Positions 29,394 through 41,429 are shown, counted from the stretch's first letter. The stretch: 64,000 nt of DNA from Candidatus Aenigmatarchaeota archaeon (GCA_038999725.1 JAWBWS010000001.1:193713-257712), one strand, 5' to 3'. Notes: generated from the sequence alone by a model not told the origin. Translations and numbers: made by a program.

Positions 29394-31619
29394 TTATGTC
29401 TCTGGTTTTGGTACATGTTCAGGAAGACCTTTCCTCTTCCTTATTGCAAGAATAACATCATCTCTAAGGTCTGAGGGAAGCTTTTCGAAAACTGTTTCAA
29501 CCAAGCTGTAGAAACCACGGCCAGATGTTGCAGATTTTAAGCTTGCGTCAAAACCAAACATGTCACTCACGGGCATCTTTGCTAGAACAATGCTTGCTCC
29601 CCTTTCTTCCCTCATATCAAGTATTTGTCCTCTTCTATTTTCAACCTCTCTTATTACTTCACCAAACAAATCTGATGGTACGTCTATTCTTATTACTTGT
29701 TTTGGTTCAAGCAAAGCTGGCTCTGCACGAAGGATACCTTCCATTATGGCATGCCTAACTGCGGGGATTATCTGTCCAGGACCACGGTGAACAGGGTCTT
29801 CGTGCAGCTCAGCATCAACAAGCTTTACCTTTATTTTTGTGCAAGGTTCTTTTGCCAAGGGGCCTTCATCCATCACATTTCTAAAAGCCTCTTTAACCAT
29901 CTCTATTACTTCATTCATGAACTGAATTCCCTTTGTCATATCGATGAGAACATTTTTATTGTGAATGACAATTATGTTCTTTGCTTCATCGTAATCCATC
30001 CCAAATTTTGAAATCTTTTTAAACATTTCTGTATGTTTGCCTCTAAGTTCTTCTTGGCTTGGGATTTCTCCATCAAGCATAGCCCTATAAACACCATCTT
30101 CTAAGGGTTCGACAACTATGAAAAATCTATTGTGTTTATTTGGAGATTTGCCCTCAATTTGAGGAGAAGTTTTAAAAACAGTTTCTCGGTAAACAACTAT
30201 GGGCTTACTCATCTCTACATCAATTCCCATTTCTTTCAATTTATTCTCAACTTTTGCTTCCAAATGGAGCTCACCAAGACCAGAAACAAGATATTCCCCA
30301 GTTTCTTGATTGATTTTAACTTGAAGAACAGCATCTTCCTTCCCTATTCTCTTTAAAGCATCAACAAGCTTTGGCAGTTCCATCATATTTTTTGGCTCTA
30401 TGGCTTTAGTAACTACCGGCTCGAAAAGATGCTTTATTTCTTCAAAAGGTTCAATAATGGCATCTGGCTCACAAATGGTCTCACCAGTGAATGCATCAGG
30501 AGTTCCCACTATTGCAGCAATGTTACCTGCCGTAACTTCTTCTACAGGTATTCTTAAAATACCTTTGTATACAGCAACTTGCTGTATTTTTTCTTGTTTA
30601 TGCAACCCAATCAAGTAAACGTCTTTACCCTTAAAAACTTTTCCAGAAAAAATCCTAACCGTTGCAACAAATCCCACATGAGGATCAGGCACAACCTTTG
30701 TAACAATAGCAGCAAGCTTCCCATTTGAATCACAAGCCGACATTTGTTTTCCAATTTCTGATTCCAAATCACCTTTCCAAATTTTTGAGAGTCTATACTT
30801 TTGAGCTTCTAAAGGATTAGGCAAATGCTTTATTATCATATCAAGAACAACTTGATGCAAAGGCGCTTTTTTCGATAATTCATCCTCCTTTCCTGCTAAA
30901 ATCAACTCTATGATATCCTTAAAGGTTATCCCAGTTTTTTTCATGTAAGGAATGGAGATGGCCCATCTTTTTGTTGCAGAACCAAAAGCCACGCTACCCT
31001 CCGCAACATTTACAAGCCATTTATCCTTAAATTCTGGAGGAGCGTACTTTTGAATTAAAATGTTTACATCCCTAATAATTTCTTCAAATCTTTTTTGTAT
31101 GTCTGCTGGTGATAATTTTAACTCTTTTATTAGCCTATCAGTTTTATTAATGAAAAGAACTGGTTTAACATATTCTCTTAGAGCTTGCCTAAAGACTGTT
31201 TCTGTTTGTGGCATTATTCCCTCAACAGCGCAAACCAAAACTATTGTTCCATCCACAGCACGCATAGCTCTTGTAACATCCCCGCCAAATTATGGCGAAT
31301 TTACTTCGTATCCACATGGCCGGGGGTGTCAACAAGATTAATCAAAAAGTCCTTGCCCTCGTATTCATGAACCATGCTTACATTTGCTCCATAGATTGTA
31401 AGCTGGCGTCTGCGTTCCTGTTCATCAAACCAAGTGAACATGACTTTCGGCTTTAAATTTGCCGGCCATTTCTTCAGCTAACATTCCTGCTCCTGCCATC
31501 AAATTGTCTGTGAGGGTAGTTTTCCCATGGTGGACATGAGAGCTTGTAGCTACATTGCGAATTCTCGTTGGGTCTCGCATAACCTCTTTAATCCTTTCTA
31601 TCATTTCTTTCTTAGGCAA
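29394..31619 (-). CDS. fusA: Elongation factor 2, three exons: 31619-31459, 31445-31310, 31289-29394 (730 aa after splicing)
   Basis: Exons of 161+136+1896 nt give 731 codons; spliced protein reads HVHHGKTT...[15 protein letters not shown]...[19 protein letters not shown]...NKTD...[12 protein letters not shown]7-EF2-EF1a synteny. Confidence 0.92.
31290..31309 (-). other. EF-2 mRNA intron 2 (20 nt, BHB)
   Basis: GCCAT GTGG AT|A CGAA GTAAA TTCG CCAT AA|T TTGGC; splits GHVD/FGG and carries an in-frame TAA. Confidence 0.85.
31446..31458 (-). other. EF-2 mRNA intron 1 (13 nt, BHB)
   Basis: ATGGC CGGC AA|A TTTAAA GCCG AA|A GTCAT; retention shifts the frame to a TGA at 31425. Confidence 0.85.
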
Positions 31620-31786
31620 TTATTCACCTCCCTTCAATTGTTTTAAATTAGATTTAAACCCCAGAGTTTATAAGGGTTAATGATTACAAGCTTTAATATC
31701 TTAATTTTTTCTAAAAAAGTTAATATCAATCTTACGGTTTTCTCACTTCTATTTAATTTTAATTGAATATTCTCACAGTCTACCAT

Positions 31787-32386
31787 TTATCTTGCTCCCT
31801 CCGCTTCCCTTTCTATTCTTTCTTTTTCCTTTATTGCCTCACTTTTGCTAGCATCATTGTTATAAGCAGCAACAATTTCATTGACCAAAGCATCGACCAT
31901 GTTTTCTTTTTTTCCAAAAGCTTTCCTATAGGCTGCCTGGACTATGTTTCTCAAAGCCAGATCAACTCTCCTTTGCGGACTTGTTACTACAGCTCTTCTA
32001 ACAATAATTCCACCAAGTTGATAAGAGGTGATTTCTTCTCTCAAAGCAGCGTTTTCTATTGCCCCTACCAAAACAGCTATAGGATTCTTCCCAGTCAACC
32101 TTTCTATTTTTTCAAAGGCTTCTTTCACAATTTTATAGTGTGTGAAAGTTTTGTCTACAGCTCTACCAGAGGTTAAAACATGTTTTTTTCCCCTGTGTCC
32201 CGGGACTCTCAATTTATTTATAAACCTCTCCACCACATTCATCTTTGATTTGTGGAATTGTTGTTGTGTATATTTTCCATCTGTCCTGGGTATGGCAACA
32301 GGGTGAAGATTTATATATTTTTTAAGACCAGGATCTTTCACCTCTATTCCTTCGAAAGACCATTTACCAAACAATTTTATCTCCAT
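31787..32386 (-). CDS. rps7: 30S ribosomal protein S7
   Basis: KLFGKWSF...VKDPGL...AIENAALREE...SPQRRVDLALR. Confidence 0.96.
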   Translation of the reverse strand: MEIKLFGKWSFEGIEVKDPGLKKYINLHPVAIPRTDGKYTQQQFHKSKMNVVERFINKLRVPGHRGKKHVLTSGRAVDKTFTHYKIVKEAFEKIERLTGKNPIAVLVGAIENAALREEITSYQLGGIIVRRAVVTSPQRRVDLALRNIVQAAYRKAFGKKENMVDALVNEIVAAYNNDASKSEAIKEKERIEREAEGAR

Positions 32387-32392
32387 ATAAAA

Positions 32393-32824
32393 TTACCTTG
32401 TTGGTTTTTGTTTCTTTCCTGACAAAATTTCACTCAAAGCAACACCATTAACTGCAATAACTTTATATTTAATCCCCCACATCGAACCCTTCGGACCACC
32501 TTGAGCGCCACCAATGCTTTCTATCAAAACTTCATCATGTTCGTTAATTATATCTATAGCGCCTTCACCAGGAACATGGGCTGTAACTTGAACATTGTTT
32601 TTTATTAATTGCACTCTTACTGCCTTTATAAGACCAGAAGCCGGTTTTCTTTGTTCAACAGCTCGCTTCTCGATGACAATTCCTCTAGCTTGGGGTGCTC
32701 CCTCAAGGGGGTCTTCTTTCCACAGCTGCAATATTCTTCTCTTGTGGTGAATATCCTTCCATTTGAACTTTTTTCTCACCCTTTTAAGTCTCCTTGCTGA
32801 AAATTCTCCAGGCATTTTTCTCAC
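32393..32824 (-). CDS. rps12: 30S ribosomal protein S12
   Basis: [13 protein letters not shown]...VRVQLIKN...INEHDEV. Confidence 0.96.
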   Translation of the reverse strand: MRKMPGEFSARRLKRVRKKFKWKDIHHKRRILQLWKEDPLEGAPQARGIVIEKRAVEQRKPASGLIKAVRVQLIKNNVQVTAHVPGEGAIDIINEHDEVLIESIGGAQGGPKGSMWGIKYKVIAVNGVALSEILSGKKQKPTR

Positions 32825-33237
32825 CTTATCATCAAATCGCTCACATCATGACTTCTTTTAAGTAATTCCTTGAGTATTTTTAAATTTTTTCCATCTCTAC
32901 CAATTATTATTGGTCTTTCGCTCTTTTCTACACTAACCTCAACCACTATTTTACCGTTTTCTTTGTTTATTTTCACACTATTTGATTTGGGTATAAGGTT
33001 TTTAACAAACTTGGTAAGATCGCTAGAATAGGCGAAGATTTTAATTGTTTTGTTCATGACTTTTTCGGCATTTTTAACGCTACTCCCATTCTTACCGATT
33101 GCCATGCCAATTTTTTCTTCATCTACAATAAAGTAAATTATGTTCCCATCAATCAAACAGTCTTTAACAGGAACTCCAGTTAAATTTTCGAATAATGTCA
33201 TAAGCCTTATCGTTTCTGTATCAAATTTAATTGTCAT
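32821..33237 (-). CDS. nusA: Archaeal NusA (KH-domain)
   Basis: [27 protein letters not shown]; conserved operon position. Confidence 0.92.
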   Translation of the reverse strand: MTIKFDTETIRLMTLFENLTGVPVKDCLIDGNIIYFIVDEEKIGMAIGKNGSSVKNAEKVMNKTIKIFAYSSDLTKFVKNLIPKSNSVKINKENGKIVVEVSVEKSERPIIIGRDGKNLKILKELLKRSHDVSDLMIR

Positions 33238-33241
33238 TAAA

Positions 33242-33502
33242 TCACTTTATCACTAACACACTCACCGGATATGGTTTACCACAAAGCACGCCAAGTTCTT
33301 TACTGCTCTTAGAAATAATTTCCACTTTTATGCCAGCAATTTTTGCATTGTGTTCAATTTCTTTCTTCATTTTTTCTGGAGTGTTTTGGGCAATAACAAT
33401 AAGTTTTGCTTTATTAAGTTTTATGAACTTTTTGCTTTCCCTATATCCCAGAATTACATTCCCAGCTTTATTTGCATCAAGAATTTCTTCTTCCAAATTC
33501 AT
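33242..33502 (-). CDS. rpl30e: 50S ribosomal protein L30e
   Basis: [10 protein letters not shown]...KLIVIAQN...[15 protein letters not shown]. Confidence 0.93.
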   Translation of the reverse strand: MNLEEEILDANKAGNVILGYRESKKFIKLNKAKLIVIAQNTPEKMKKEIEHNAKIAGIKVEIISKSSKELGVLCGKPYPVSVLVIK

Positions 33503-34632
33503 TTTTTCCCCTCCTCTTCAAATTTTGCTATTAGTTCAGGCATTCCTGTACCAGACGGAATAACTTGGCCTATCATCACATTTTCAAAAATACCTTTGAA
33601 TTCATCTACCTCATTTCTAATAGATGCTCTCACCAAGTGTTTGACAGTCTCTTCAAAGGCGGCTCTTGCAAGAATGGAGGTTTGGGATCCAGCAACACCA
33701 TATCTACCGATGGATTGAATTCTTCCGGTAGAGGTCATGATATCACCAACAAGAAATATGTGCCTTATATCAACATTCAGGCCTTGTTCTTCTAGAGTTT
33801 TCATGGCTTCTTTAACTATAACATTTCTAGCAGCTTCTATCCCCAGGACTTTGAAAGTCTCATAAATATTATTTGTGATGGTTCTTGTCTCGTCAACCTC
33901 TTCCATCTTCAAAACCTCTTCAAGATTTGATCCAAGTGTGTTTATGAGCCAATCTTCCCCCTCCCTTCTGACAATTGCGTTTTTAATTCCTTTTATACCT
34001 CCAAAATGAAGATCCAATATTTTTTCTCTCAACACTTGAAGCTCTTTAATGCTAACCTCTTCTTTTGGGCGTACGACAATACTTTTAGCCTTTTCTTTTA
34101 CTCGAACCTCTGGAAAGTTTTCTTTAATTATTTTTATCACTTTTCCCAATTTCCTCAAGTCATCTACCTCTATTTCAATTACATTTTCACTCAAGTTTAT
34201 TGCAACCCTTTTCACCACATTGGATATTCTTCTTTCAATTATATCTTCAGCCAACTCTCTTGCTTTTTCCATGTTATTGAATTCCTTTTTGAGATAAATT
34301 TCCATGACAGGAGTTTCCAATTCTTTTTTGGCATCAAAAATTTCCACAAGTCTAGGCAAACCATAAGTAACCTTAATTCCAGCTGAACCGGCAAAGTGAT
34401 AAGTACGCATTGTCATTTGAGTTGCAGGCTCAGAAATACTTTGGGCGGCAATGATTCCAATAGCCTCACCAGGCTCAAACATCGATTTAAGAAATATTTT
34501 TTTAACCTCTTCCAAGACTTTTTCTTTCTTTTCTTCACTCAGTTTCAGTTCTTTTGATATTTTTTCCACTTCATCTATCAAAATTTTTGGAAGTTCAATC
34601 TCAGACAAATCGCTCTGCAATTTTTCTGACAT
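33499..34632 (-). CDS. rpoA2: RNA polymerase subunit A'' (Rpo1C)
   Basis: [49 protein letters not shown]. Confidence 0.96.
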   Translation of the reverse strand: MSEKLQSDLSEIELPKILIDEVEKISKELKLSEEKKEKVLEEVKKIFLKSMFEPGEAIGIIAAQSISEPATQMTMRTYHFAGSAGIKVTYGLPRLVEIFDAKKELETPVMEIYLKKEFNNMEKARELAEDIIERRISNVVKRVAINLSENVIEIEVDDLRKLGKVIKIIKENFPEVRVKEKAKSIVVRPKEEVSIKELQVLREKILDLHFGGIKGIKNAIVRREGEDWLINTLGSNLEEVLKMEEVDETRTITNNIYETFKVLGIEAARNVIVKEAMKTLEEQGLNVDIRHIFLVGDIMTSTGRIQSIGRYGVAGSQTSILARAAFEETVKHLVRASIRNEVDEFKGIFENVMIGQVIPSGTGMPELIAKFEEEGKK

Positions 34633-37600
34633 TTATTCCCCCCTTCTCAATTTTTGAAGGATCGAGCCCATCCTCTCCGGCTAAAAACTGTATTATTTTG
34701 TTAGAACTATCTCTCACAGTTCCATCATATTCAACTTTAAGATCTTGAAGTGCTCCGATAAGTCTTCTTTCCATGTAGCCGGAATGCCTCGTCTTAAGAG
34801 ATTTATCCATTAATGATTCTCTACTATTCATTGCATCAAAGAAAAATTGGAATGGGGTAAGACCGCTTTTGAAGCCCCTATCCACGAATCCCCTTGCTTG
34901 CAAACTCATGTCCCCTCTTTTGAAGTGGGGGAAAGTTCTTTCATAATAACCCTTCTCTATTCTCTCCCCCATTATTGTCTCTTGACCTATGAGCGCCGTA
35001 GTTTGGACAAAATTAACAAGGCTGCCCCTTGCTCCACTTTTAGCCATATCAATTACAGAAGTCTCTTTCACATATTTTACCAATACTTCTTCCACTTCCT
35101 TCAAGGCCTTGCTCAATCTCCTTTTTATCAATGTTTCCAAGCTTTCTTTTGGAGTTCTTCCTATCAAAACTTTAAGCTCACCTTTTTCGAACTCTTTTAT
35201 CATTTCATCCACATCTTTCTTAACATTTTTAAGTACAATATCTACTTCATCCTTTGCCTCTTTTGGCAAGTCTAATTCTGAAATGCCAACGGAGAATCCA
35301 TGCCTTGTTATATACTCGAGAGAAAGTTTTATCATTTTGAACAAAAAGTTGCTGGTGAATTCAGCTCCATATTCTCTCTCCATTTTATCTATTATTTTTC
35401 CCTCCTCGTCACCTAGAGCTGCTTTGTCAATTGCTCCGGAGATGAGTTTACCATTTTTAATTATCACCATCTCACCAGATTTTGCTTTGTGTTGAATTGA
35501 AAAATCTTTTGGTAAGAATAAGCTGAAAATTTCCTTTCCACTCATGGTTTGCTTATCTGGTATTTCTATTTCTGGATCAACCTTTCTTATCAAATCCACA
35601 AATTCTTCCCTATCAAATTTTCTATCATCTTTGGTTAGGAGATAAAGACCAGAAATACAATCTTTTGTGGCTCCAATGATAGGACCAGAAAATCTAGGAC
35701 TTCTTATGTGTTTGTGCACATCCATCAAACACAAAGCTTCTGCTTGTGCCTCTTCTGTTTGTGGTATGTGCAAGTTCATTTCATCTCCATCAAAATCAGC
35801 ATTATATGGCGGACAAACAGCAGTGTTAAGCCTGAAAGTTTTGAAAGGCGTCACTCTTATCTTATGCGCCATCATACTCATTCTATGTAAACTTGGTTGC
35901 CTGTTAAAAAGTGAAATGTCGCCGTCTCTTATATGTCTCTCAACTATATAACCTGGAGCAAGTTCTTTACAAATTTCCTCTTTATTTGTTTCGGTGATTT
36001 TCTTCCTCCTTCCATCAGGTCTTATGACATAATTTGCACCAGGCCAAACTTCACTTCCATTCATAACAAGTCTTTTCATTTCTTCCAGATTTTTTTCATT
36101 CACCCTAACTGGAATCGTTAATTCTCTAGCCACAATTTCGGGTACACCAACCTCATCCAGATTAATAAGAGGATCGGGACTTATGACTGTTCTTGCTGAG
36201 AAGTTAACTCTCTTTCCAGCAAGGTTCCCCCTAAACCTTCCTTCCTTTGTTTTCAATCTTTGAGAAAGAGTCTTCAAAATTCTTCCCGATCTATGCCTTG
36301 CTGGGGGCACACCAGAAAGCTCGTTATCAAAATAGGTACTGATATGATATTGGAGGAGTTCCCAAAGGTCTTCGATGATGAACTCTGGGGCACCAAGGTC
36401 TATATTTTCTCTCAATCTTTCATTTATCCTCACAATATCAACAAGTTTGTGTGTTAAATCATCTTCTGATCTTTCTCCAGTCTCCAGTGTTATCGATGGT
36501 CTAACTGTCACAGGTGGTATGGGCAAAAGCGTGAGGATGAGCCACTCAGGTCTTACATTTTTAACTCCAATGATGTTCAAATCTTCTGTCTGTATTTTTT
36601 CCAATCTTTCCCTAATTTTTATAGGGTTAAGTATTTCATTTTCTTCAACAAAAGTGTAGGGTTTAATTAACCTAAGTTTTCCTTGTGAGGCACCACAATA
36701 AGGACATTTTTTCTTCACCATCTTCACTACTTCTTTGAAAGTAATTTTTTCTGTTTTTATTTTGTTCAAGTCCTTTTCGTCAATTAAAATTCTACCACAC
36801 TTTCTGCAAAACATTTTCAAAAGTGTAAGGATGAACTTAACATAGTGGACATGAATTATCGGTCTCGTTAATTCAAGTATACCAAAGTGCCCTTGGCATT
36901 CACCAACAGTACCACCACAAGTTCTACATCTTACACCAGGATCAACAACTCCCAACCTCGGGTCCATAAGCCCGCCCTCTATTGGATATCCTTCCTGATC
37001 GTACAGCTCGGTTTTTGTAATCTTTGCTACCGCCATCTTTTTTATCAATTCAGGATTAAGTAGACTAAACTCTATTCTTTTTACCCTCATTTCTTCCCCA
37101 CTTACAACGATTTTTGGGTAAATCAACATGCTTTTGAGTTCATCCAACATTAGTTTGAAGGCATAACTCATCTCCACATCAAAAATCTTGCTTTCACCAC
37201 AAACAGGACAATACCTTCTGTTTTTTGTTCTTTCATGTATAGCAACCATACCACATTCAGAGCAAACTGGAATCACTGTTTTATCAGAGTCAAATCTTTC
37301 TTTTAAAACAAGAGCGGCACCATGTGCTATCAAAACATCTTTCTCCATTTCCCCTAACCTTAGCCCACCTTCTTTACTTCTTCCTTCTGTTGGTTGTCTC
37401 GTTAACAAGGTTACAGGTCCTCTAGACCTTGCATGAATCTTGTTTGAGACAAGATGATCTAGCTTTTGATAGAAGCATGGGCCAATAAATATTTCAACTT
37501 CAAACTTCTTTCCAGTTCTTCCATCAATCATAACTTCTTTACCATCATCCCTGAAGCCATAAGATTTAAGTATTTTTCTTATTTCTTCCTCCGAGGTTGG

Positions 37601-38887
37601 ATTAAAGACTGGAGAATAAACAGTTTTTCCGGTCAGAGCAGCCACTTTTGCTGCAAGCTGTTCAAGCAATTGACCAACTGTCATTCTCGATGGAATTCCA
37701 TGTGGATTGAAAATTATATCCGGAACAATTCCACTTTCTGTGAATGGCATGTCTTCTTGTGGTACAACAAGTCCTACAACACCTTTTTGTCCATGCCTGC
37801 TCGCAAACTTATCTCCTATCTCGGGAATTTTTAAGCTCCTAACCCTTACTTTAACAAGTTTTGTGCCATCTATAGTTTCCGTCACAAAAACTTTATCCAC
37901 AATTCCGCTATCACCATGTCTCATTCTTACAGAAGTTTCCCTTATGTTTTCTATTCCCGTGATAAATTGATCCATGCTTCCCAAGAACCTGAGGGGGGAA
38001 ATTCTTCCAACTAAGACTTCATCAGATTTTACTTCTGTTTCTTGATTTACAACGCCATCTTCTGGTAGATGCTTATAAGCATCCTCACCGGCGTAGCCTC
38101 TGACACCAGGTTCAGGAATTCCTATCACATCTTCTTGTCCCCCCATGTACCTTTTCTGCTCAGCCTCATAGGTTCTGAACATGTAAGACCAGAAAAGCCC
38201 TCTTTGAATTGAGCTTGAATTTATGATTATTGCATCATCCATGTTGAAGCCTTGGAAGGAAGTAACAGCAACTACAACATTTGCTCCATTGGGATGTTTT
38301 TCATATCCTGCAATTTTATGTGCATGAGTCTGAACAAGTGGAACTTGTGGATAAATTAATACATTGGATTTGGTGTCAACCCTACTCAAATAGTTTGTGG
38401 TAAAAAGACCTATTGATTGACCAACCATCTTTGCACCATAGTTTACTCTGTCTCCCCTGTTGAATTCAGCATAAGGTATGAAAGACGCTAAGAAACCAAG
38501 TATTGTGGCTGGGTTGATTTCAAGGTGTGTGTGTTCAGGAGTTAAATCCTCTTCTCTTAAAGCAATATAACAATTTTCCTCTTCTTCTGCATCTACATAT
38601 TCGATTATTCCCTGGGTTACCAAATCTTCCCATTTTATGGCACCGGCCTTAAGCTTCTGTATATGATCTTCCGTAAGTTTTGATTTGCCATTTTCAACAA
38701 TTATAAGTGGTCTTCTCACTCTTCCACTATCTGTTAAGATTCTAACTTCATCCAAATGTTTATGATAAGCGACATTAATCTGAGAAGAAATCAACCCCTT
38801 TCTTCTCCTTTCCCTTATTTCTTTTGCAAATTTTTCAGGTTCTCTTGTTGTTCCAATAAATTTACCATCGATAAAAATATCGGCCAT
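34601..38887 (-). CDS. Fused RNA polymerase subunits B' (Rpo2C, aa 1-599) and A' (Rpo1N, from Met600 at 37090)
   Basis: B' motifs [32 protein letters not shown], then with no stop A' motifs [32 protein letters not shown]. Confidence 0.93.
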   Translation of the reverse strand: MADIFIDGKFIGTTREPEKFAKEIRERRRKGLISSQINVAYHKHLDEVRILTDSGRVRRPLIIVENGKSKLTEDHIQKLKAGAIKWEDLVTQGIIEYVDAEEEENCYIALREEDLTPEHTHLEINPATILGFLASFIPYAEFNRGDRVNYGAKMVGQSIGLFTTNYLSRVDTKSNVLIYPQVPLVQTHAHKIAGYEKHPNGANVVVAVTSFQGFNMDDAIIINSSSIQRGLFWSYMFRTYEAEQKRYMGGQEDVIGIPEPGVRGYAGEDAYKHLPEDGVVNQETEVKSDEVLVGRISPLRFLGSMDQFITGIENIRETSVRMRHGDSGIVDKVFVTETIDGTKLVKVRVRSLKIPEIGDKFASRHGQKGVVGLVVPQEDMPFTESGIVPDIIFNPHGIPSRMTVGQLLEQLAAKVAALTGKTVYSPVFNPTSEEEIRKILKSYGFRDDGKEVMIDGRTGKKFEVEIFIGPCFYQKLDHLVSNKIHARSRGPVTLLTRQPTEGRSKEGGLRLGEMEKDVLIAHGAALVLKERFDSDKTVIPVCSECGMVAIHERTKNRRYCPVCGESKIFDVEMSYAFKLMLDELKSMLIYPKIVVSGEEMRVKRIEFSLLNPELIKKMAVAKITKTELYDQEGYPIEGGLMDPRLGVVDPGVRCRTCGGTVGECQGHFGILELTRPIIHVHYVKFILTLLKMFCRKCGRILIDEKDLNKIKTEKITFKEVVKMVKKKCPYCGASQGKLRLIKPYTFVEENEILNPIKIRERLEKIQTEDLNIIGVKNVRPEWLILTLLPIPPVTVRPSITLETGERSEDDLTHKLVDIVRINERLRENIDLGAPEFIIEDLWELLQYHISTYFDNELSGVPPARHRSGRILKTLSQRLKTKEGRFRGNLAGKRVNFSARTVISPDPLINLDEVGVPEIVARELTIPVRVNEKNLEEMKRLVMNGSEVWPGANYVIRPDGRRKKITETNKEEICKELAPGYIVERHIRDGDISLFNRQPSLHRMSMMAHKIRVTPFKTFRLNTAVCPPYNADFDGDEMNLHIPQTEEAQAEALCLMDVHKHIRSPRFSGPIIGATKDCISGLYLLTKDDRKFDREEFVDLIRKVDPEIEIPDKQTMSGKEIFSLFLPKDFSIQHKAKSGEMVIIKNGKLISGAIDKAALGDEEGKIIDKMEREYGAEFTSNFLFKMIKLSLEYITRHGFSVGISELDLPKEAKDEVDIVLKNVKKDVDEMIKEFEKGELKVLIGRTPKESLETLIKRRLSKALKEVEEVLVKYVKETSVIDMAKSGARGSLVNFVQTTALIGQETIMGERIEKGYYERTFPHFKRGDMSLQARGFVDRGFKSGLTPFQFFFDAMNSRESLMDKSLKTRHSGYMERRLIGALQDLKVEYDGTVRDSSNKIIQFLAGEDGLDPSKIEKGGINVRKIAERFV

Positions 38888-40371
38888 CAGACCACCATTT
38901 TTTGAATTGAAGAATAAAGACTTTTTCTTTCATTCTCACCCAACCCCTTTGTAATTTCTGCCATTATTGCAAGATGTTTTCTCAATCCTATTGTCGCTCC
39001 TTCAGGCGTTTCACTTGTGCACAATTTACCAAAGTGTGTTGGATGTAACTCCCTTGCTCCAAAATGCTCTTGTGTTGAAGCAAGAGGAGAAAGCACACTT
39101 CTCATGTGTGAAATAGTTTTAACAAAGCTACCTCTTTCTAACCTTTGGCTAACTCCTGTTCTCCCACCAACCCAAGTGCCTATTGCTAAAGCTGAAACAA
39201 TTTGGTTTGTTAATACATTCGATTCAACTATTGCTTGAAGTGGTGGAATCCTTCCCCTTTTTGCAAGTTTTTGGTAGTTGTAAACTATTCTTGTTATCAA
39301 TCCCCATTTTCCAAGTAGTATCGATCTCAATAAAATTTCCAAAAGATCGCCTGATAGCCTTATTCTCTTGTTTGAATAATGATCAAGATCATCTTCTTCA
39401 ATTTTTCCAAGATGAAGTTTTATCAATTTTCCAATTGCCTTACAGAGGAACAAGGCCTTGTCAATTCTTGCTTCTTGTGTTTGTCCTAAATGTGGAAGGA
39501 AATATTTATCTATCACTTTTGTTGCTCTTTCAACCCTTCCCTCTTTTTGTGCTATTCTTATATGTTTCCCAAGTTCATCTAAAGCCTCTTGTTTTGAGGT
39601 TATTTCTATTTCGTAAAGATTTGAATAAAATTCTTCTCGAATTTCTTCATCCGAAGAGACGGCGTTCACAATCTCTTTATCAGATTCGAGTCCCAGGGCT
39701 TTTATCAATATGACAACAGGAAGCTTTTCCACATTAGCAAAACTTATGGTGATTATGCCGTTTGTCTTTCTTTCAAGCAAATGCCTCTGAATATATCCAT
39801 CCTTTTCAGAATGTATTCTTGCTATTTCAGTTATGCCTCCAGAATCAACTTTTTCTACAAGAATTTTGTTTTGTGCTATTTCTTCAATTAAGACAAGAAC
39901 TCTTTCCGTACCATTGATGATGAAATACCCTCCAGGGTCGTCAGGATCTTCCCCTATTTTTATGAGCTCTTCCCTACTCATGGTGGAAAGAGGACAAATT
40001 TTTGATTTAACCATCACAGGCATATCTCCAAAATTCACCACAACAGTATTGCTCTCTATATTGTTGAGGACAGGCGTCATCTCAATATACATGGGTGCAG
40101 CATAGGTGAGGTTTCTTATCCTTGCTTCTTGAGGTGTTATTGGTCTTAGGGAGCCATCTGCTTCTTTCACACAAGGGTCACCAATCTTGAAGGTACCAAG
40201 CTTTATCTTAAAATCACCAAGTTCGGGAACTTCTGGCTTTATAACACCAATTTCTTTCAAAATCTTTGGTATTCTTCTTGTTATAAAATCGTCGTAAGAG
40301 TCAATCTGAAATCTGACAAGACCCATCTCCTTTACAAAAGCATCTAAAAGCGTTAAAAATTTTATGTCCAT
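38887..40371 (-). CDS. rpoB2: RNA polymerase subunit B'' (Rpo2N)
   Basis: QIDSYDDF, EARIRNLTY, DPGGYFIINGTE, ARELHPTH, ETPEG; likely start MDIKF at 40371. Confidence 0.94.
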   Translation of the reverse strand: MDIKFLTLLDAFVKEMGLVRFQIDSYDDFITRRIPKILKEIGVIKPEVPELGDFKIKLGTFKIGDPCVKEADGSLRPITPQEARIRNLTYAAPMYIEMTPVLNNIESNTVVVNFGDMPVMVKSKICPLSTMSREELIKIGEDPDDPGGYFIINGTERVLVLIEEIAQNKILVEKVDSGGITEIARIHSEKDGYIQRHLLERKTNGIITISFANVEKLPVVILIKALGLESDKEIVNAVSSDEEIREEFYSNLYEIEITSKQEALDELGKHIRIAQKEGRVERATKVIDKYFLPHLGQTQEARIDKALFLCKAIGKLIKLHLGKIEEDDLDHYSNKRIRLSGDLLEILLRSILLGKWGLITRIVYNYQKLAKRGRIPPLQAIVESNVLTNQIVSALAIGTWVGGRTGVSQRLERGSFVKTISHMRSVLSPLASTQEHFGARELHPTHFGKLCTSETPEGATIGLRKHLAIMAEITKGLGENERKSLYSSIQKMVV

Positions 40372-40375
40372 AATA

Positions 40376-40615
40376 TCAAGCCCTAACCACAACTCTATAA
40401 TATACAGTTTCACCTGCAGTAGGGCTCTTTCTTATTATCTTTACAATATCCCCAACCTTTGGATTTTTATCAGCTATAGCAGGATCTGTTATTAATATCT
40501 TTGGGAATTGTCTTAGGCTAGCCCTATATTTTTTCAAAACCTCCACCTTTTCTTCCTCACTTAAAATTATATGTTTGGGCACGAGGGTGTGCTTTTCCAC
40601 ATCTATTTTTTTCAA
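40376..40615 (-). CDS. rpoH: RNA polymerase subunit H (Rpo5)
   Basis: HTLVPKH...PKILITDPA...RKSPTAGETVYYRVV. Confidence 0.96.
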   Translation of the reverse strand: MKKIDVEKHTLVPKHIILSEEEKVEVLKKYRASLRQFPKILITDPAIADKNPKVGDIVKIIRKSPTAGETVYYRVVVRA

Positions 40616-40695
40616 TTCCTCACCCCTAGCAACAGCATAATAAAGAAAATTGGTTTATATAAACCTTTCTCTTCAAATCGACACCGGTATTTGAA

Positions 40696-40812
40696 TGTTG
40701 GCGACGCCCTAGAATTCCCCTGCTTTCGCAGAGTACATCCTAGATCGCTGGGAGGCTTAATTACCGTGTTCGGATGGGAACGGATGTTTCCCTCCCGCTT
40801 TGGTCGCCAACA
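40696..40812 (-). rRNA. rrf: 5S rRNA (stand-alone)
   Basis: Terminal helix TGTTGGCGAC/GTCGCCAACA; CCCATCCGAAC and TTAAGCC motifs; ~117 nt. Confidence 0.92.
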
Positions 40813-40931
40813 AATATAATTTTATAATTTACTATATTTATCTTTTTAAATCTAGCGGTGGTGGCATCAAAAATCTTTCTCACGTTTTCATTTTTATTCC
40901 TTTGAATGATGGTTGATGTATGAAGATAAAG

Positions 40932-41004
40932 CGCCTCGGACGGGATTCGAACCCGTGTCTCAAGCGTGACAGGCTTGCATCCTAGACCACTAGACGACCG
41001 AGGC
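40932..41004 (-). tRNA. tRNA-Asp(GTC), no intron
   Basis: GCCTCGG/CCGAGGC acceptor; CAAGC-CTGTCAC-GCTTG anticodon arm. Confidence 0.95.
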
Positions 41005-41095
41005 TTTCAATTTATCTTCTTTATTATTTTTCTTTTAAATTTAAAAAAAATGGTTAGAAGTAGTCAATGTTTAAAAAAATCTAAGAATTTGTATC

Positions 41096-41125
41096 TTACT
41101 TCTTTTTCTTTTTCTCACCAGCCAT
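41096..41125 (-). CDS. Putative micro-ORF MAGEKKKKK
   Basis: GGTGGG Shine-Dalgarno 5 nt upstream, TATA-like CTTATAAG further upstream, T-tract downstream. Confidence 0.35.
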   Translation of the reverse strand: MAGEKKKKK

Positions 41126-41179
41126 TTTTTCCCACCTATAGAATAATAAACATTCTAAACTTATAAGTTTTTGTAAAAG

Positions 41180-41314
41180 TCCCCGGAGCCGGATTCGAAC
41201 CAGCAACCCACCGGTTTCTAGTGAGCAACTGCTGATGCCAGGCACTTAAGTGCTCAGCTACAGCCGGTTGCTCTACCATTACTCCAGATTTAACTCTGTT
41301 TGAGCTATCCGGGG
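41180..41314 (-). tRNA. tRNA-Tyr(GTA) with two introns (41279-41299 in the D-loop at 15/16; 41216-41257 at 37/38)
   Basis: C1:G72 acceptor CCCCGGA/TCCGGGG; spliced D arm GCTC-AATGGTA-GAGC; ACCGG-CTGTAGA-CCGGT. Confidence 0.9.
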
Positions 41315-41429
41315 AATTTAACTCATTTATTCAAATGTTTTTCATTTTATTTAATTTTTATGGTGCAATATTTTGTCACAAAAATTAAATCTTTATTAAT
41401 AAGTTTAACAAAATATATAAAAGAGAAAA

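Noticed and set aside
29394..31619. EF-2 as a pseudogene or sequencing frameshift
   Set aside because: The disruptions are 13- and 20-nt structured inserts whose BHB cut sites restore conserved motifs exactly. Random errors would not do this, and the rest of the gene is intact.
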